This document shows, one piece after another, positions 1 to 9,411 of a stretch of DNA of 55,442 nucleotides. Each line of letters starts with the position of its first letter. Position 1 is the first letter of the stretch. The notes beneath the pieces are model-generated. The model was not told the origin of the DNA and ran no database searches. It was given only the letters and a program-made list of their open reading frames with translations. This stretch comes from a virus (Duplodnaviria > Caudoviricetes), in the IMG/VR virus record IMGVR_UViG_3300009159_000086, positions 1 through 55,442 of that record; one strand, 5' to 3'. The translations under genes were made by a program, and so were the position numbers.

Positions 1-1
1 C

Positions 2-352
2 AGCACCAATCTTGCTGTTTCTGGTAATACTCGTATTACTGGTTCTGCAATCATTGATGGTGACTTGACGGTTGAAGGTGCAGTTACTTATATCTCATCA
101 TCGACACTAAACGTCGATGACTCTATGATTAAGTTGGCTGCTAATAACTCTACAGACGCAGTCGACACTGGTTTCTACGGTATGTACACATCAAGTGGTA
201 CTAAGTACTCTGGTTTCTTCAGAGATGCTACAGATGGTATCTACAAGTTATATACAGGACTAACGGTAGAACCAACATCTACTGTTAATGTTTCTGGTTC
301 TGGATATACGCTTGCTACAATCGAAGCAGTAATCGACGGCGGAACTTACTAA
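2..352 (+). CDS. Tail fibre/virion structural protein, C-terminal part (5'-truncated)
   Basis: Frame is open from the window start (STNLAVSGNTRITG...GDLTVEG...); T/S/G-rich; ends IDGGTY, a common C-terminus of phage fibre proteins. Confidence 0.65.
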   Translation, partial: STNLAVSGNTRITGSAIIDGDLTVEGAVTYISSSTLNVDDSMIKLAANNSTDAVDTGFYGMYTSSGTKYSGFFRDATDGIYKLYTGLTVEPTSTVNVSGSGYTLATIEAVIDGGTY

Positions 353-359
353 CTAAATA
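352..359 (+). promoter_or_regulatory. T4-type late promoter (ACTAAATA)
   Basis: Intergenic variant of TATAAATA; followed by hairpin CCAAGGGA/TCCCTTGG (372-395) and SD AGGAG (407-411). Confidence 0.55.
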
Positions 360-417
360 TAATCACTCAGGCCAAGGGACAAGTGTTTCCCTTGGACTTC
401 CTCTCTAGGAGTTGGGT

Positions 418-879
418 GTGGCTTCCACAATTAAAATAAAACGCAGTAGCGTTGCTGGCAAATTGCCGACAACTTCTGATATTGCTACTGGCGAACTTGC
501 AGTCAATACTAAAGACAAAAGAATATATTCGTCAAATGGCAGTGCTGTTTTCGGATTCACGAACGAATATCTTCAAGTAGCAAATGCGTCAGCTACTTAT
601 CTTACAAAAAACAATCCAATAATAACTGGAACATTAACAGCCAATGGTTCTATTGGCTCTAATGGTTATTATCTTCGATCAACTGGTTCTGGTATTCAGT
701 GGGCTCCTGCCCCAAGTGGTGGAGGTGGCATTTCAGTTACAACTAAAGCTCTTGATCAACTACTAGGAACTGATACTGTTGTTATCGGTGTTTCTGGAGA
801 AGGTGGTGGAGGCGGTGGGTCGGCAACAATATCCAGCGGTGATTTGTTCATAGGTTCAATGCTATTAGGCGGAATGTAA
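418..879 (+). CDS. Virion fibre protein with Mtd_N/hyaluronidase-like N-terminal anchor
   Basis: IKIKRSSVAGKLP...GELAVNTKDKRIY motif; GTG start at 418 after AGGAG. Confidence 0.6.
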   Translation: MASTIKIKRSSVAGKLPTTSDIATGELAVNTKDKRIYSSNGSAVFGFTNEYLQVANASATYLTKNNPIITGTLTANGSIGSNGYYLRSTGSGIQWAPAPSGGGGISVTTKALDQLLGTDTVVIGVSGEGGGGGGSATISSGDLFIGSMLLGGM

Positions 880-888
880 GAGGAAAAA

Positions 889-1218
889 ATGGCAACAACA
901 TACAAAGTATTAGGTAATGTTAATCCGTCCGCAATAACAGCTACGACGTTATACACAGTACCGTATGCTACGAACGCTATCGTTTCAACTATTAATGTTT
1001 GTAATATGAGTACTTTCATCGCTTCATTTAGAATAGCTATTAGACCGGCCGGTGCTTCATTAGCAGCAAATCAATACATAGCGTACGATACAGCAATTCC
1101 AGCTAACGATTCTATAGCACTAACAATGGGTATAACATTAGCTGCTACAGATGTCATAACCGTTTATGCTAGTTCTTCTTCATTAACATTTATGGCATTT
1201 GGTACTGAGATAACATAA
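889..1218 (+). CDS. Small virion-associated beta protein
   Basis: 109 aa, TTLYTVP...IVSTINVCN...FGTEIT pattern typical of fibre-cassette genes; SD GAGG. Confidence 0.55.
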   Translation: MATTYKVLGNVNPSAITATTLYTVPYATNAIVSTINVCNMSTFIASFRIAIRPAGASLAANQYIAYDTAIPANDSIALTMGITLAATDVITVYASSSSLTFMAFGTEIT

Positions 1219-2093
1219 TGTCTCTTAAAACTCTTTCTAAACAAAAGTTTTCTACGAAAATTCGTCAAAGAAACTCTGTAAAACACAAAATTTCAACATC
1301 CAACATAGGAAGTTCTACTGGAACAACTATGTTCATTCCAATTCGATATATAATTGTTGCTGGTGGAGGAGGTGGTGGCGGCGCAGGTGGCCCAAGTACT
1401 CCGAGATCAGGAGGCGGTGGAGGCGGTGGAGGTGTTCTTAGGGACACTAATTTTAATTTTACTCGGAGATTACAATATAATGTGACTGTTGGGGCTGGCG
1501 GTATTGTTCAAGGTTATGGCCTTAAAGGAACTAATGGCGCCAACAGTTCGATAATTTGTCAAGAATATCCATCTACAAGTAGTATTTCTTTGATAGCAAT
1601 TGGTGGTGGAGCTGGTGGTGGAGCAAATCAAAATGGCACTGATGGTACTGCTGGAAGTGGCGGCTGTGGTGGCGGTGGCGGTGGTGGCTGGACTGGTAAA
1701 GGTTATGGGACACCTGGGCAAGGCTATGACGGATCCGATGGAGCCCTTGCATTTAACGGTACTGGTGGCGGCGGAGGTGGTGCTGGTGGTCCTGGATTTA
1801 ACCAATATGGAAGTGGTGCTGGTTTAGCCCTTTTTGATGATATAACTGGAACAAGTTATGGCTATAGTAGAGGCGGTAACATTAGCTTTTCACAGCCTCC
1901 TACTAACTACGGTCAGGGCGGTAACAGCGCGACAGCTACTGACGGATCTTTTGGTGGGTTTCAAGGTGTTGTGATTATAAGATATACAAATGCTTATCCA
2001 TTTGCTACTGTAACTGGAGCTGTTACGCAAACATATGTCGATAGTGATATACTCTATATTTTTACTGGTGCTGGGACTATAACATTCAATTAA
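1218..2093 (+). CDS. Glycine-rich domain protein (fibre/adhesin associated)
   Basis: IIVAGGGGGG...GGGGGGG repeats ending GVVIIRY; start overlaps upstream stop (TAATG). Confidence 0.65.
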   Translation: MSLKTLSKQKFSTKIRQRNSVKHKISTSNIGSSTGTTMFIPIRYIIVAGGGGGGGAGGPSTPRSGGGGGGGGVLRDTNFNFTRRLQYNVTVGAGGIVQGYGLKGTNGANSSIICQEYPSTSSISLIAIGGGAGGGANQNGTDGTAGSGGCGGGGGGGWTGKGYGTPGQGYDGSDGALAFNGTGGGGGGAGGPGFNQYGSGAGLALFDDITGTSYGYSRGGNISFSQPPTNYGQGGNSATATDGSFGGFQGVVIIRYTNAYPFATVTGAVTQTYVDSDILYIFTGAGTITFN

Positions 2094-2126
2094 TTATCAA
2101 AAATAAATACGCAAAAGGGTTCATTG

Positions 2127-2672
2127 ATGCCTATTATTGCTAACACGACTCAATCTAACACTTTCAGTGCAGTTCGCGCACAGCTGAATTCTGTCACAAA
2201 AAGAATGAATCAATTTGCAGTCAATGAATCTTCATTGTATGCTAATACCATCATAGCTAACACATCGCTAAGAATATCTGGAACATTGTTAGCAAACAAC
2301 AACGCAGGTATTAACGGATATTATTTACGTTCAAATGGGTCTGGTGTTCATTGGGCTCCCGTAGTAGGATTTTCTAAAACTTTTAATCTAACAGGAAATT
2401 TCGCGTCTCCTGTTACAGGCACGGCTAGATTCGTTCCTGTTTCGAACACTACAATAACGAAAGTTAGATTAACAAATAGTGTTGCGGTTATAGATAACGA
2501 CTTAACAATTACAATATATAAAAATAATAGTTTACTCCGAACATTCGTTTTACCAGTAGGTAATTTTACTCGTTTATTTTCTAACACATTTACAGTAGCA
2601 ACAACAGATTATCTAACTGTTAATGTAACAACTGGTTCAGGTTCTGATTTCTCAATGACTATTTCAAGCTAA
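2127..2672 (+). CDS. Virion structural protein
   Basis: Shares GTL.AN...NGYYLRS.GSG..WAP module with the ORF at 418; AATAAATA at 2102-2109 upstream. Confidence 0.55.
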   Translation: MPIIANTTQSNTFSAVRAQLNSVTKRMNQFAVNESSLYANTIIANTSLRISGTLLANNNAGINGYYLRSNGSGVHWAPVVGFSKTFNLTGNFASPVTGTARFVPVSNTTITKVRLTNSVAVIDNDLTITIYKNNSLLRTFVLPVGNFTRLFSNTFTVATTDYLTVNVTTGSGSDFSMTISS

Positions 2673-2716
2673 ATAGTCGCACGAATTCTAATATTTCTTA
2701 AAAGAAGGGTTTTAAA

Positions 2717-4900
2717 ATGACAGTTACTAATACGTCATATACCACGAATAGTTATAAAGTGACTGTCGTAAACGAGGTCACTTTCACTAATATCATTGCT
2801 GGTATCAACACAGCAATTCTTGCTTGTGCTTCAGGCGCATGGGCTACTGGTGGAACTTATTACGATTTTGTTGATAGAACTACCTATTCGCCTATTCAGA
2901 CATACGTTTATCGCGCTATCAACGCAGACACATCAACATACAAATATTTCATTATCCGCTACGACACGATCAACTGTCGTTTCTTCACTTCTACCTGCGA
3001 ATCATGGAATACTACAACCAACGTAGCGACAAACGAATCTTGGTCTGGTGGTGGTGCTTTCCCACAATACTACGATCTTAAAGACTGTTTCATCTTCGTT
3101 TCTGCTACTGCTCGTCATATTTGCATTTGGCCATTCATCAAGAACGAGCCAGGTATGTGGTCTTCAGTTATGGAATTCGAGCGTGTAGCGTATGAAGATA
3201 CTGCTGGTGCTGGTTTCCCTTGCTGGGCATGGACCAACTCTGTTATGATTGGTACTGCTTGGGGCAGAGAACTTAATACCACTGCGAGCGCTACTATGTT
3301 TGCGTTCCCAAGAACTGGTGACGGTGCGACTGGTGCTGCTGCTGCAAAGCTTTATGCTCCTGTTACAAACCGCGGTATGTTCCCACCAAACTATCCGAAC
3401 TATCTAAGCAACTCGCTCGTAGTAACTGCTGATCCTAACCTTCTTCACCTTGCTTCTTTCTACAACATCACTTATGGTTGGGACGGTGCAAAGACCATCG
3501 TTTCTCCAATTTCTGCTGATGCTATTTCCAAATCAATGCCTGTTGGTCGCGCTTACAATTTCAGCGTAACTAAACCAATCGGTTCTTTCCTCGATACAAC
3601 GCTTATCAACATTGACTCGACTGGTGGTTGGGCAGATAGTGCTGGTGCATCAACGGAATGTGTTCTTCTACCTATGAACGGTGGATGTGAAGCTGATGCG
3701 GCATATGCTGCTGGTAAGATGGCTATCACAACTAACACTATCACAACAGCCAACTATCCAGCAAAAGGTATTGCTATCGGTGATGTTGTATGGTTCGCTG
3801 AAACTGGTGGCGTTAGAACTTGGTCAATGAATACTGGTGCTGGTGCTGGTGCTACAACGCTTTATGGTTCTGCTGGTACCGTGGTTGTTGCTGGTCTTAC
3901 TGCCGTTACAGATATCATCTTCGACGGCGAGCGTACTCTTTACGCAGCAACATCAACTGGTATCCATAAGATCGACACAGAAACTCCTTCAACAGCCACT
4001 TCAATCACGATTGGTACTGGTGGTATCGCTTATCTTTCAATGGATGCTAAGTTCATTTATGCAACAGAAAGAACTGCGGCTACTGGTTGTAGGGTGTTTA
4101 TGATTGATCGTGCTGCGTTCTCATCTGGTGCAGCCGCAACATATACTATTGCAACCACATTACCTGTTGTCGCGACAGGATTTGGTGTTCCGGTTCCTGA
4201 CTATAACGGCGTGTGTTATGTTGCTACACAAGCTGCTACAACTGGTATCACTCAGACTATGCGTATCGCGAGCTTTACAGCGGCAACTGGTGCTCAGCTA
4301 TTCAACGTGGTAAATCCACTTAGAACTGCTGCTGGTACTGATATGTCAACATCACCAACATCGTTCTACTATGACTATTTGGGTTCGAGAATTTATCTAT
4401 TCGTAGCTAACGTAGGTGCTACGGCTGCTGCAATTTACGAACTGAACACATCACTTGTTGCTACTACAACAATTACTTCAGTTACTTCGTCGGCGACTGT
4501 TGGTTCTACGTTGTCTCATATGACTACTGCTTCGGCTACGATGGATTATCGCGGTGACTTGAATATCGTTCCTATCAGAGGTATATTCTACGTCAGCGCG
4601 AAAAAAGTTGCACAACCTTTTGCTTCTCCTGGTGGTTTCGTAACAAGAGTGCAGTTCAACTCACCGCAGACTGCAACAGCTGGTCAGCCAGCAACTGGAA
4701 CTTCGTTCGCTACAGCTACGACTGGTATCGGTACTAACCCACAGGCTGCTGGTTCTGTTGTTACGACAAACGGTTCGCGTATCATTGCTTCAATGACAAC
4801 TACGGCAGCATCTTCTAATCAGTTGCATTATATCAACGGCGTTTATAACGTAACAACAGTTGCTGGTGCTGCTGCTGGACGTCTATTGATGAGAGGCTAA
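2717..4900 (+). CDS. Large T/A/G-rich virion protein, possible beta-propeller receptor-binding protein
   Basis: 727-aa ORF, GCTAAATA at 2668-2675 upstream; repeated short beta-strand patterns in the C-terminal half. Confidence 0.5.
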   Translation: MTVTNTSYTTNSYKVTVVNEVTFTNIIAGINTAILACASGAWATGGTYYDFVDRTTYSPIQTYVYRAINADTSTYKYFIIRYDTINCRFFTSTCESWNTTTNVATNESWSGGGAFPQYYDLKDCFIFVSATARHICIWPFIKNEPGMWSSVMEFERVAYEDTAGAGFPCWAWTNSVMIGTAWGRELNTTASATMFAFPRTGDGATGAAAAKLYAPVTNRGMFPPNYPNYLSNSLVVTADPNLLHLASFYNITYGWDGAKTIVSPISADAISKSMPVGRAYNFSVTKPIGSFLDTTLINIDSTGGWADSAGASTECVLLPMNGGCEADAAYAAGKMAITTNTITTANYPAKGIAIGDVVWFAETGGVRTWSMNTGAGAGATTLYGSAGTVVVAGLTAVTDIIFDGERTLYAATSTGIHKIDTETPSTATSITIGTGGIAYLSMDAKFIYATERTAATGCRVFMIDRAAFSSGAAATYTIATTLPVVATGFGVPVPDYNGVCYVATQAATTGITQTMRIASFTAATGAQLFNVVNPLRTAAGTDMSTSPTSFYYDYLGSRIYLFVANVGATAAAIYELNTSLVATTTITSVTSSATVGSTLSHMTTASATMDYRGDLNIVPIRGIFYVSAKKVAQPFASPGGFVTRVQFNSPQTATAGQPATGTSFATATTGIGTNPQAAGSVVTTNGSRIIASMTTTAASSNQLHYINGVYNVTTVAGAAAGRLLMRG

Positions 4901-6153
4901 TGGCACTTATCGCTCAAACATTTGCTCCTTTCAAATCTAAAGCTGGAAGGTATGAAACGGCAGTCACCTATCAAAATTTAAATCAGATAGGTGCGCCTGC
5001 CGTTAAGCGTGTTGTAGCAGATAACAATAGCAGAATTATTCCAATCTATAATCGCAAATTAGATGTTGAACCATGGGAACCATATTTCTATTCTACTCAG
5101 TTAGGGCTTGTTGTTCGTAAAATCACGTTAACTGATCCTAGCTTACGAATTATTCCAATCTATAATCGTAAATTAGATATTGAACCTTGGGAACCATATT
5201 TCTATTCTACTAAAATTGGTTTAGATACTCGTAAAATTACTATAACTGATCCAAGTTTGAGAATGGTTCCATTTAAAAACGTTCGTTTTGACAATAACAA
5301 CGAACCCTACGCAAATATCAATAAAATAGGTGCTCCACCAGTTAAACGTGTTGTAGCAGATAATAACAGCAGGATAATTTCTCACAGAAATATTAAATTT
5401 GACAATAACAACGAACCCTACGCAAATATCAATAAAATAGGTGCTCCACCAGTTAAACGTGTTGTAGCAGATAATAACAGCAGAATACTCCCACTCAAAA
5501 GAATAGAATTTGACGTAATTTCTTATATATCTTATAACTGGTATTACGATCTTGTTCGAACAGGCATTGGCACAAAACCAAGTTCTGCTGGAACAACAGG
5601 AATCGACGGAACTTCTCAACGAGCAACAAAACACAAAAACATACCATATCACGTCATATCGTATATGTCATATAACTATTGGAATGACATCAATAAAACC
5701 GGACTTTCTGTTATTGGTCCTAACAATGCTTCTTATATAAAAAATGTGACTGGTGTTGGAGGTTCTGCAGTTGATGGGACTACCCAAGCACCTGTTAATG
5801 TAAGCGATTCTACGAATTTTTCTATTTCAGATAGTCCATATCCGGATATAGTTAAAGAAGGTATAACACTATACAAAATCACGATTGATGGAAATCAAAG
5901 CAGTGTAACTTATAGTAATATTCGTTACGATCAGTCTATCAACTACATTTATAATGATCCACCATATAGAATAGGTTTACCAACAACATTCGGAACTATT
6001 GTCGCTAACGACTCTAGATCAATCCCAATAACAGTTTCTAAATTTCACAATCAACCTCTTGAAGGCCCATACTATGTCATGACTAGAGTTGGTCTTCAAA
6101 TGGGTAACATCACTGGTATCAGTATAGCAACTAACTATCAATTTTGGAGCTAA
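4900..6153 (+). CDS. Hypothetical protein with internal 37-38 aa tandem repeats
   Basis: 417-aa ORF coupled to upstream gene (TAATG); repeats visible in protein and DNA. Confidence 0.6.
   Translation: MALIAQTFAPFKSKAGRYETAVTYQNLNQIGAPAVKRVVADNNSRIIPIYNRKLDVEPWEPYFYSTQLGLVVRKITLTDPSLRIIPIYNRKLDIEPWEPYFYSTKIGLDTRKITITDPSLRMVPFKNVRFDNNNEPYANINKIGAPPVKRVVADNNSRIISHRNIKFDNNNEPYANINKIGAPPVKRVVADNNSRILPLKRIEFDVISYISYNWYYDLVRTGIGTKPSSAGTTGIDGTSQRATKHKNIPYHVISYMSYNYWNDINKTGLSVIGPNNASYIKNVTGVGGSAVDGTTQAPVNVSDSTNFSISDSPYPDIVKEGITLYKITIDGNQSSVTYSNIRYDQSINYIYNDPPYRIGLPTTFGTIVANDSRSIPITVSKFHNQPLEGPYYVMTRVGLQMGNITGISIATNYQFWS
5033..5483 (+). repeat. Coding tandem repeats (114-bp then 111-bp period)
   Basis: Degenerate 114-bp units at 5033 and 5147; identical 86-bp copies at 5287-5372 and 5398-5483. 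Confidence 0.9.
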
Positions 6154-6157
6154 AACA

Positions 6158-6388
6158 ATGTATGAACTTTTCGATGATCCTTATATCTATGGCCCTTTGA
6201 CAAAAAACGAATATGAAACTATTGCTGTTAATCATAGAATGACAGTAAATGAAAATGGCTATTACATTGGTGTAAGTCGCGAGATTCCTCAATATGAAGA
6301 ACGTCAAATTCACAGACCAGTACACATCACAAACCCTACACCTGAAAACAATACGATCGAAGGCGAGTTTTCAGTCAATCAGGGATAA
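6158..6388 (+). CDS. Hypothetical protein
   Basis: 76-aa ORF with GGAG upstream, fills the gap before the late promoter. Confidence 0.55.
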   Translation: MYELFDDPYIYGPLTKNEYETIAVNHRMTVNENGYYIGVSREIPQYEERQIHRPVHITNPTPENNTIEGEFSVNQG

Positions 6389-6400
6389 TCTGCCTTAAAT

Positions 6401-6408
6401 TATAAATA
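6401..6408 (+). promoter_or_regulatory. T4-type late promoter TATAAATA
   Basis: Exact gp55 consensus upstream of the head operon. Confidence 0.8.
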
Positions 6409-6430
6409 GACTATCATATTAGGAATTACT

Positions 6431-6631
6431 ATGGAACAGATTTATAACGCTATTCAAGCTGCTGCCGACCAAAATGCGAGTGGATTTCGCTCCGCTATTG
6501 ACGCAGCAATAGCAACTAAGATTCAAGACGCTCTCGAACTAAAGCGTATCGAGATCGCGTCAGCAATGTTTAACGCTCCTTCAGAAGAGCCTCAAGAAGA
6601 ACAGGAGATTGTTTCGGATGAAGACGTTTAA
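6431..6631 (+). CDS. Prohead core protein, gp67-like
   Basis: 66 aa helical with acidic tail (KIQDALELKRIEIASAMF); position upstream of g21. Confidence 0.6.
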   Translation: MEQIYNAIQAAADQNASGFRSAIDAAIATKIQDALELKRIEIASAMFNAPSEEPQEEQEIVSDEDV

Positions 6632-7187
6632 GCAGTTACGCGAAGCAATCGACTCAGCGAATAAAACAGCTCCTGATGAACGTAAGGCTCTTAAGCCTCG
6701 CGCGAAAGGCGAGCAAGATTTCTATAATCAGCACACGAAAACAGTAACAGATTATCCTGTATCTGGTGAAGGTGGATCCACTACTGAAGCAGATCACCAG
6801 CCAGTGAATGGTGATCGTGGTCCTATTCAGCAAGGAACTTCTAAGCTTGGTGATAAGTCTGGATTCAAAGGTCAGCAAACACCAAAGAGTATTGCCGACT
6901 CTGCTAGACAGGGTGATCTTAAGCCAGTTCGTTTGTCACCATCAGCTGTTAAGGAATCTGTGTTCAAAGCTATCACAGTTTCAGAATCAGAAGAAGATAG
7001 CATTTTCATTGGTTTCATGAACGGTGATTCAGCTACGATTAACGAAGATACTTATCAGGCGATTCAAGATGTGTTCGAACAACTAAGCCCTGACAATCAA
7101 GAAATTTTCCATACAGCCGTCAACGAAAGCGCAGAATCGTTTGAACGAATCTTAGACTTCGTCGTTGCAACATATGAGGAAGAATAA
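6618..7187 (+). CDS. Prohead core/internal head protein (gp68 position)
   Basis: Starts MKTFKQLRE, resembling the T4 capsid-targeting sequence; AGGAG upstream. Confidence 0.5.
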   Translation: MKTFKQLREAIDSANKTAPDERKALKPRAKGEQDFYNQHTKTVTDYPVSGEGGSTTEADHQPVNGDRGPIQQGTSKLGDKSGFKGQQTPKSIADSARQGDLKPVRLSPSAVKESVFKAITVSESEEDSIFIGFMNGDSATINEDTYQAIQDVFEQLSPDNQEIFHTAVNESAESFERILDFVVATYEEE

Positions 7188-7190
7188 GAA

Positions 7191-7574
7191 ATGGCTGAAG
7201 GTATTGTAAATAGACACGTTAAGGGTGGTTGGTTTATTGCCAAGTTTCATTCTGGTGGTTACATCAGTTTGAATTCTGCTACTGCAGGAATTGGAGCAAA
7301 CTCAGCAGGAGAAACAGTTCGTTCTATGAATATTGTTTCTGCTGAATGGTCTATTGGTAATAACGCATTTTGGACAGTAAAGCGTGGTGCTAATACTGTT
7401 CTTGTTCTTTCTGATGGTCAGCATGTTTTCGATATGTCAGACTCTCGTCTTATCGACATGGAAGGTGGAAACCCATCAGCCAATATCGTAGTAACAAAAA
7501 CAGGTTCTGGTCCTTCTACTCTTATTCTTAAAGTCCATAAGACCACTGCTATTACAGGAGGCTCGGGATACTAA
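7191..7574 (+). CDS. Hypothetical virion protein
   Basis: 127-aa ORF in head operon, coupled to g21. Confidence 0.6.
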   Translation: MAEGIVNRHVKGGWFIAKFHSGGYISLNSATAGIGANSAGETVRSMNIVSAEWSIGNNAFWTVKRGANTVLVLSDGQHVFDMSDSRLIDMEGGNPSANIVVTKTGSGPSTLILKVHKTTAITGGSGY

Positions 7575-8230
7575 TGAAACTCATCTGTGAAGTTCATGAA
7601 GAACTAAAAGTCATTACAGAAGCTAATGAAGTAACAGGTGAAAAGAATTTCTTTCTTGAAGGTATCCTGATGCAGGGTAATCTTCAGAATAAGAATGGTA
7701 GAGTATATCCTACAACTATACTTGCGAAAGAAGTTTCTCGTTATAATCGCGATTTCGTAGAACAAAATCGTGCATATGGAGAATTAGGTCATCCAACAGG
7801 ACCTACTATCAACCTAGAACGTGTATCACACATGATTAAAGAACTTCGTCAGGATGGAGATAACTTCATCGGCAAGGTTAAGATCATGGATACTCCGTAC
7901 GGAAATATCGTAAAGAACCTTATGAAAGAAGGAGCCAAGCTCGGCTTCTCTTCAAGAGGCATGGGTAGTCTCGTTAAAAAGAATGGAATCATGGAAGTTC
8001 AAAATGATTTCTATTTGGCTACTGCTGCTGATATCGTTGCCGACCCCTCTGCTCCTCACGCGCTCGCGCACGGGATCATGGAAGGTAAAGAATGGGCTTG
8101 GAATAACGGTATCCTTGTAGAAAAGGATGTCGAAGAAATCAAAGAAGAAATCGAAAAGGCATATGTTAGCGCAGCAGATCGCGAGACTGTTTTACTTAAC
8201 GCCTTTAGTCGTTGGCTAAACAAAATCTAA
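7574..8230 (+). CDS. g21: Prohead core scaffold and protease gp21
   Basis: NKNGRVYP, GELGHP.GPTINLERVSH, GFSSRGMGS, ADIVADPSAP motifs. Confidence 0.96.
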   Translation: MKLICEVHEELKVITEANEVTGEKNFFLEGILMQGNLQNKNGRVYPTTILAKEVSRYNRDFVEQNRAYGELGHPTGPTINLERVSHMIKELRQDGDNFIGKVKIMDTPYGNIVKNLMKEGAKLGFSSRGMGSLVKKNGIMEVQNDFYLATAADIVADPSAPHALAHGIMEGKEWAWNNGILVEKDVEEIKEEIEKAYVSAADRETVLLNAFSRWLNKI

Positions 8231-8243
8231 ATAATGTCGTTTT

Positions 8244-8251
8244 TATAAATA
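8244..8251 (+). promoter_or_regulatory. T4-type late promoter TATAAATA
   Basis: Exact consensus upstream of g22. Confidence 0.8.
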
Positions 8252-8293
8252 AACTAGAAGTATCTTCTACAAACCCTGAGGGAGAATAATAAT

Positions 8294-9388
8294 ATGTCAG
8301 TTCAGGACACAAATGTCGAAAAGCTCGACATGCAAGAAGCAAAGAAAGCGAGCTACGGCGTTGAAGCTGAGGTCGCTGAACCTACTGGAGTTCGTGCCTC
8401 TATTCCAGGTGGTACTCAGAATACAGGTGATGCATCCAACCCAACTCAGGGTTCAGGCATTAAGCCATACACTAAGGTAGGCATGATCAACTCTATGATT
8501 GGTGCTCTTTCGGGAATGAAGAAAGCCGAAGTGTCTTCTATGTATGATAAGTTCAAGGGTGACTCTTCGAATCCTATGCAGGGTTCATCTGTTAATCCAA
8601 AGAATCGTTCAATCGGTGAAGAAAAGCTTCCCCGTATGACTGTTTCAGATATCGAAATTTCTGACGACATCAAGGCAATCTTTGCTGGTACAGAAGTTTC
8701 CGAAGATTTCATTAATAAGGCTGCAGAAGTTTACACAGCTGCTGTTCTTGCTAAGGTTAATGAGCAAATCGAATCACTAGAAAATAAGTTCGAAGATTCA
8801 TTAACAGAAGAAATATCAACTGTCAGCGAAGGTCTCGTAGAGCGTGTTGATTCATATCTCGACTATGTTGTTGAGCAGTGGATGGAAAATAACGCTGTTG
8901 CTATCGAGCGTGGTCTTAAGGCAGAAATCGTTGAGTCATTTATGTCTGGTCTTAAGGGTCTATTCGAAGAACACTATATCGACATTCCAGACGAAGCAGT
9001 TGCAGTAACAGAAGAACTAGCCGGTCAGGTTGAAGTTCTTGAAGCTGCTATCAACGAGGAAATCGAAAAGAACGTTGAGCTTACTGCTCAAATTAAAGAA
9101 TTCGAACGCGCATTTGCGTTCGCAGAAGTTTCAGAAGGCCTGACAGATACGCAAGTTGCAAAGCTGCAGTCACTTTCTGAGTCCGTCGACTTCGAAGACG
9201 TTAAGACGTACGCGAAGAAGATTGGGACTCTTCGTGAGAGTTACTTCCCTTCAAAGTCTTCGGCCGGGACTTTGTCCGAAAGCGTAACTCTCGATGAGGA
9301 ACCAGTGGGTGACGAAGTCACTGAAAAGCAGGTTCCAGTTGAAATGGCTGCCTACATGAACGCGATCACTCGCGGTATCAAAAAGTAA
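8294..9388 (+). CDS. g22: Prohead core scaffold protein gp22
   Basis: Acidic coiled coil; VDSYLDYVVEQWMENN.VAIERG, GLKGLFEEHYIDIP. Confidence 0.93.
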   Translation: MSVQDTNVEKLDMQEAKKASYGVEAEVAEPTGVRASIPGGTQNTGDASNPTQGSGIKPYTKVGMINSMIGALSGMKKAEVSSMYDKFKGDSSNPMQGSSVNPKNRSIGEEKLPRMTVSDIEISDDIKAIFAGTEVSEDFINKAAEVYTAAVLAKVNEQIESLENKFEDSLTEEISTVSEGLVERVDSYLDYVVEQWMENNAVAIERGLKAEIVESFMSGLKGLFEEHYIDIPDEAVAVTEELAGQVEVLEAAINEEIEKNVELTAQIKEFERAFAFAEVSEGLTDTQVAKLQSLSESVDFEDVKTYAKKIGTLRESYFPSKSSAGTLSESVTLDEEPVGDEVTEKQVPVEMAAYMNAITRGIKK

Positions 9389-9411
9389 TTTTTATTTAAG
9401 GAGAAATTCAA

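Noticed and set aside
5033-5483. Diversity-generating retroelement TR/VR (AAC-rich repeats near an Mtd_N-type gene)
   Set aside because: Repeats are tandem and in frame, one pair is identical, differences in the other are not adenine-specific, and no reverse transcriptase is in the window.
5287-5483. CRISPR-like repeat-spacer
   Set aside because: Only two copies, 86 bp long, period a multiple of 3 inside a CDS; no cas genes.
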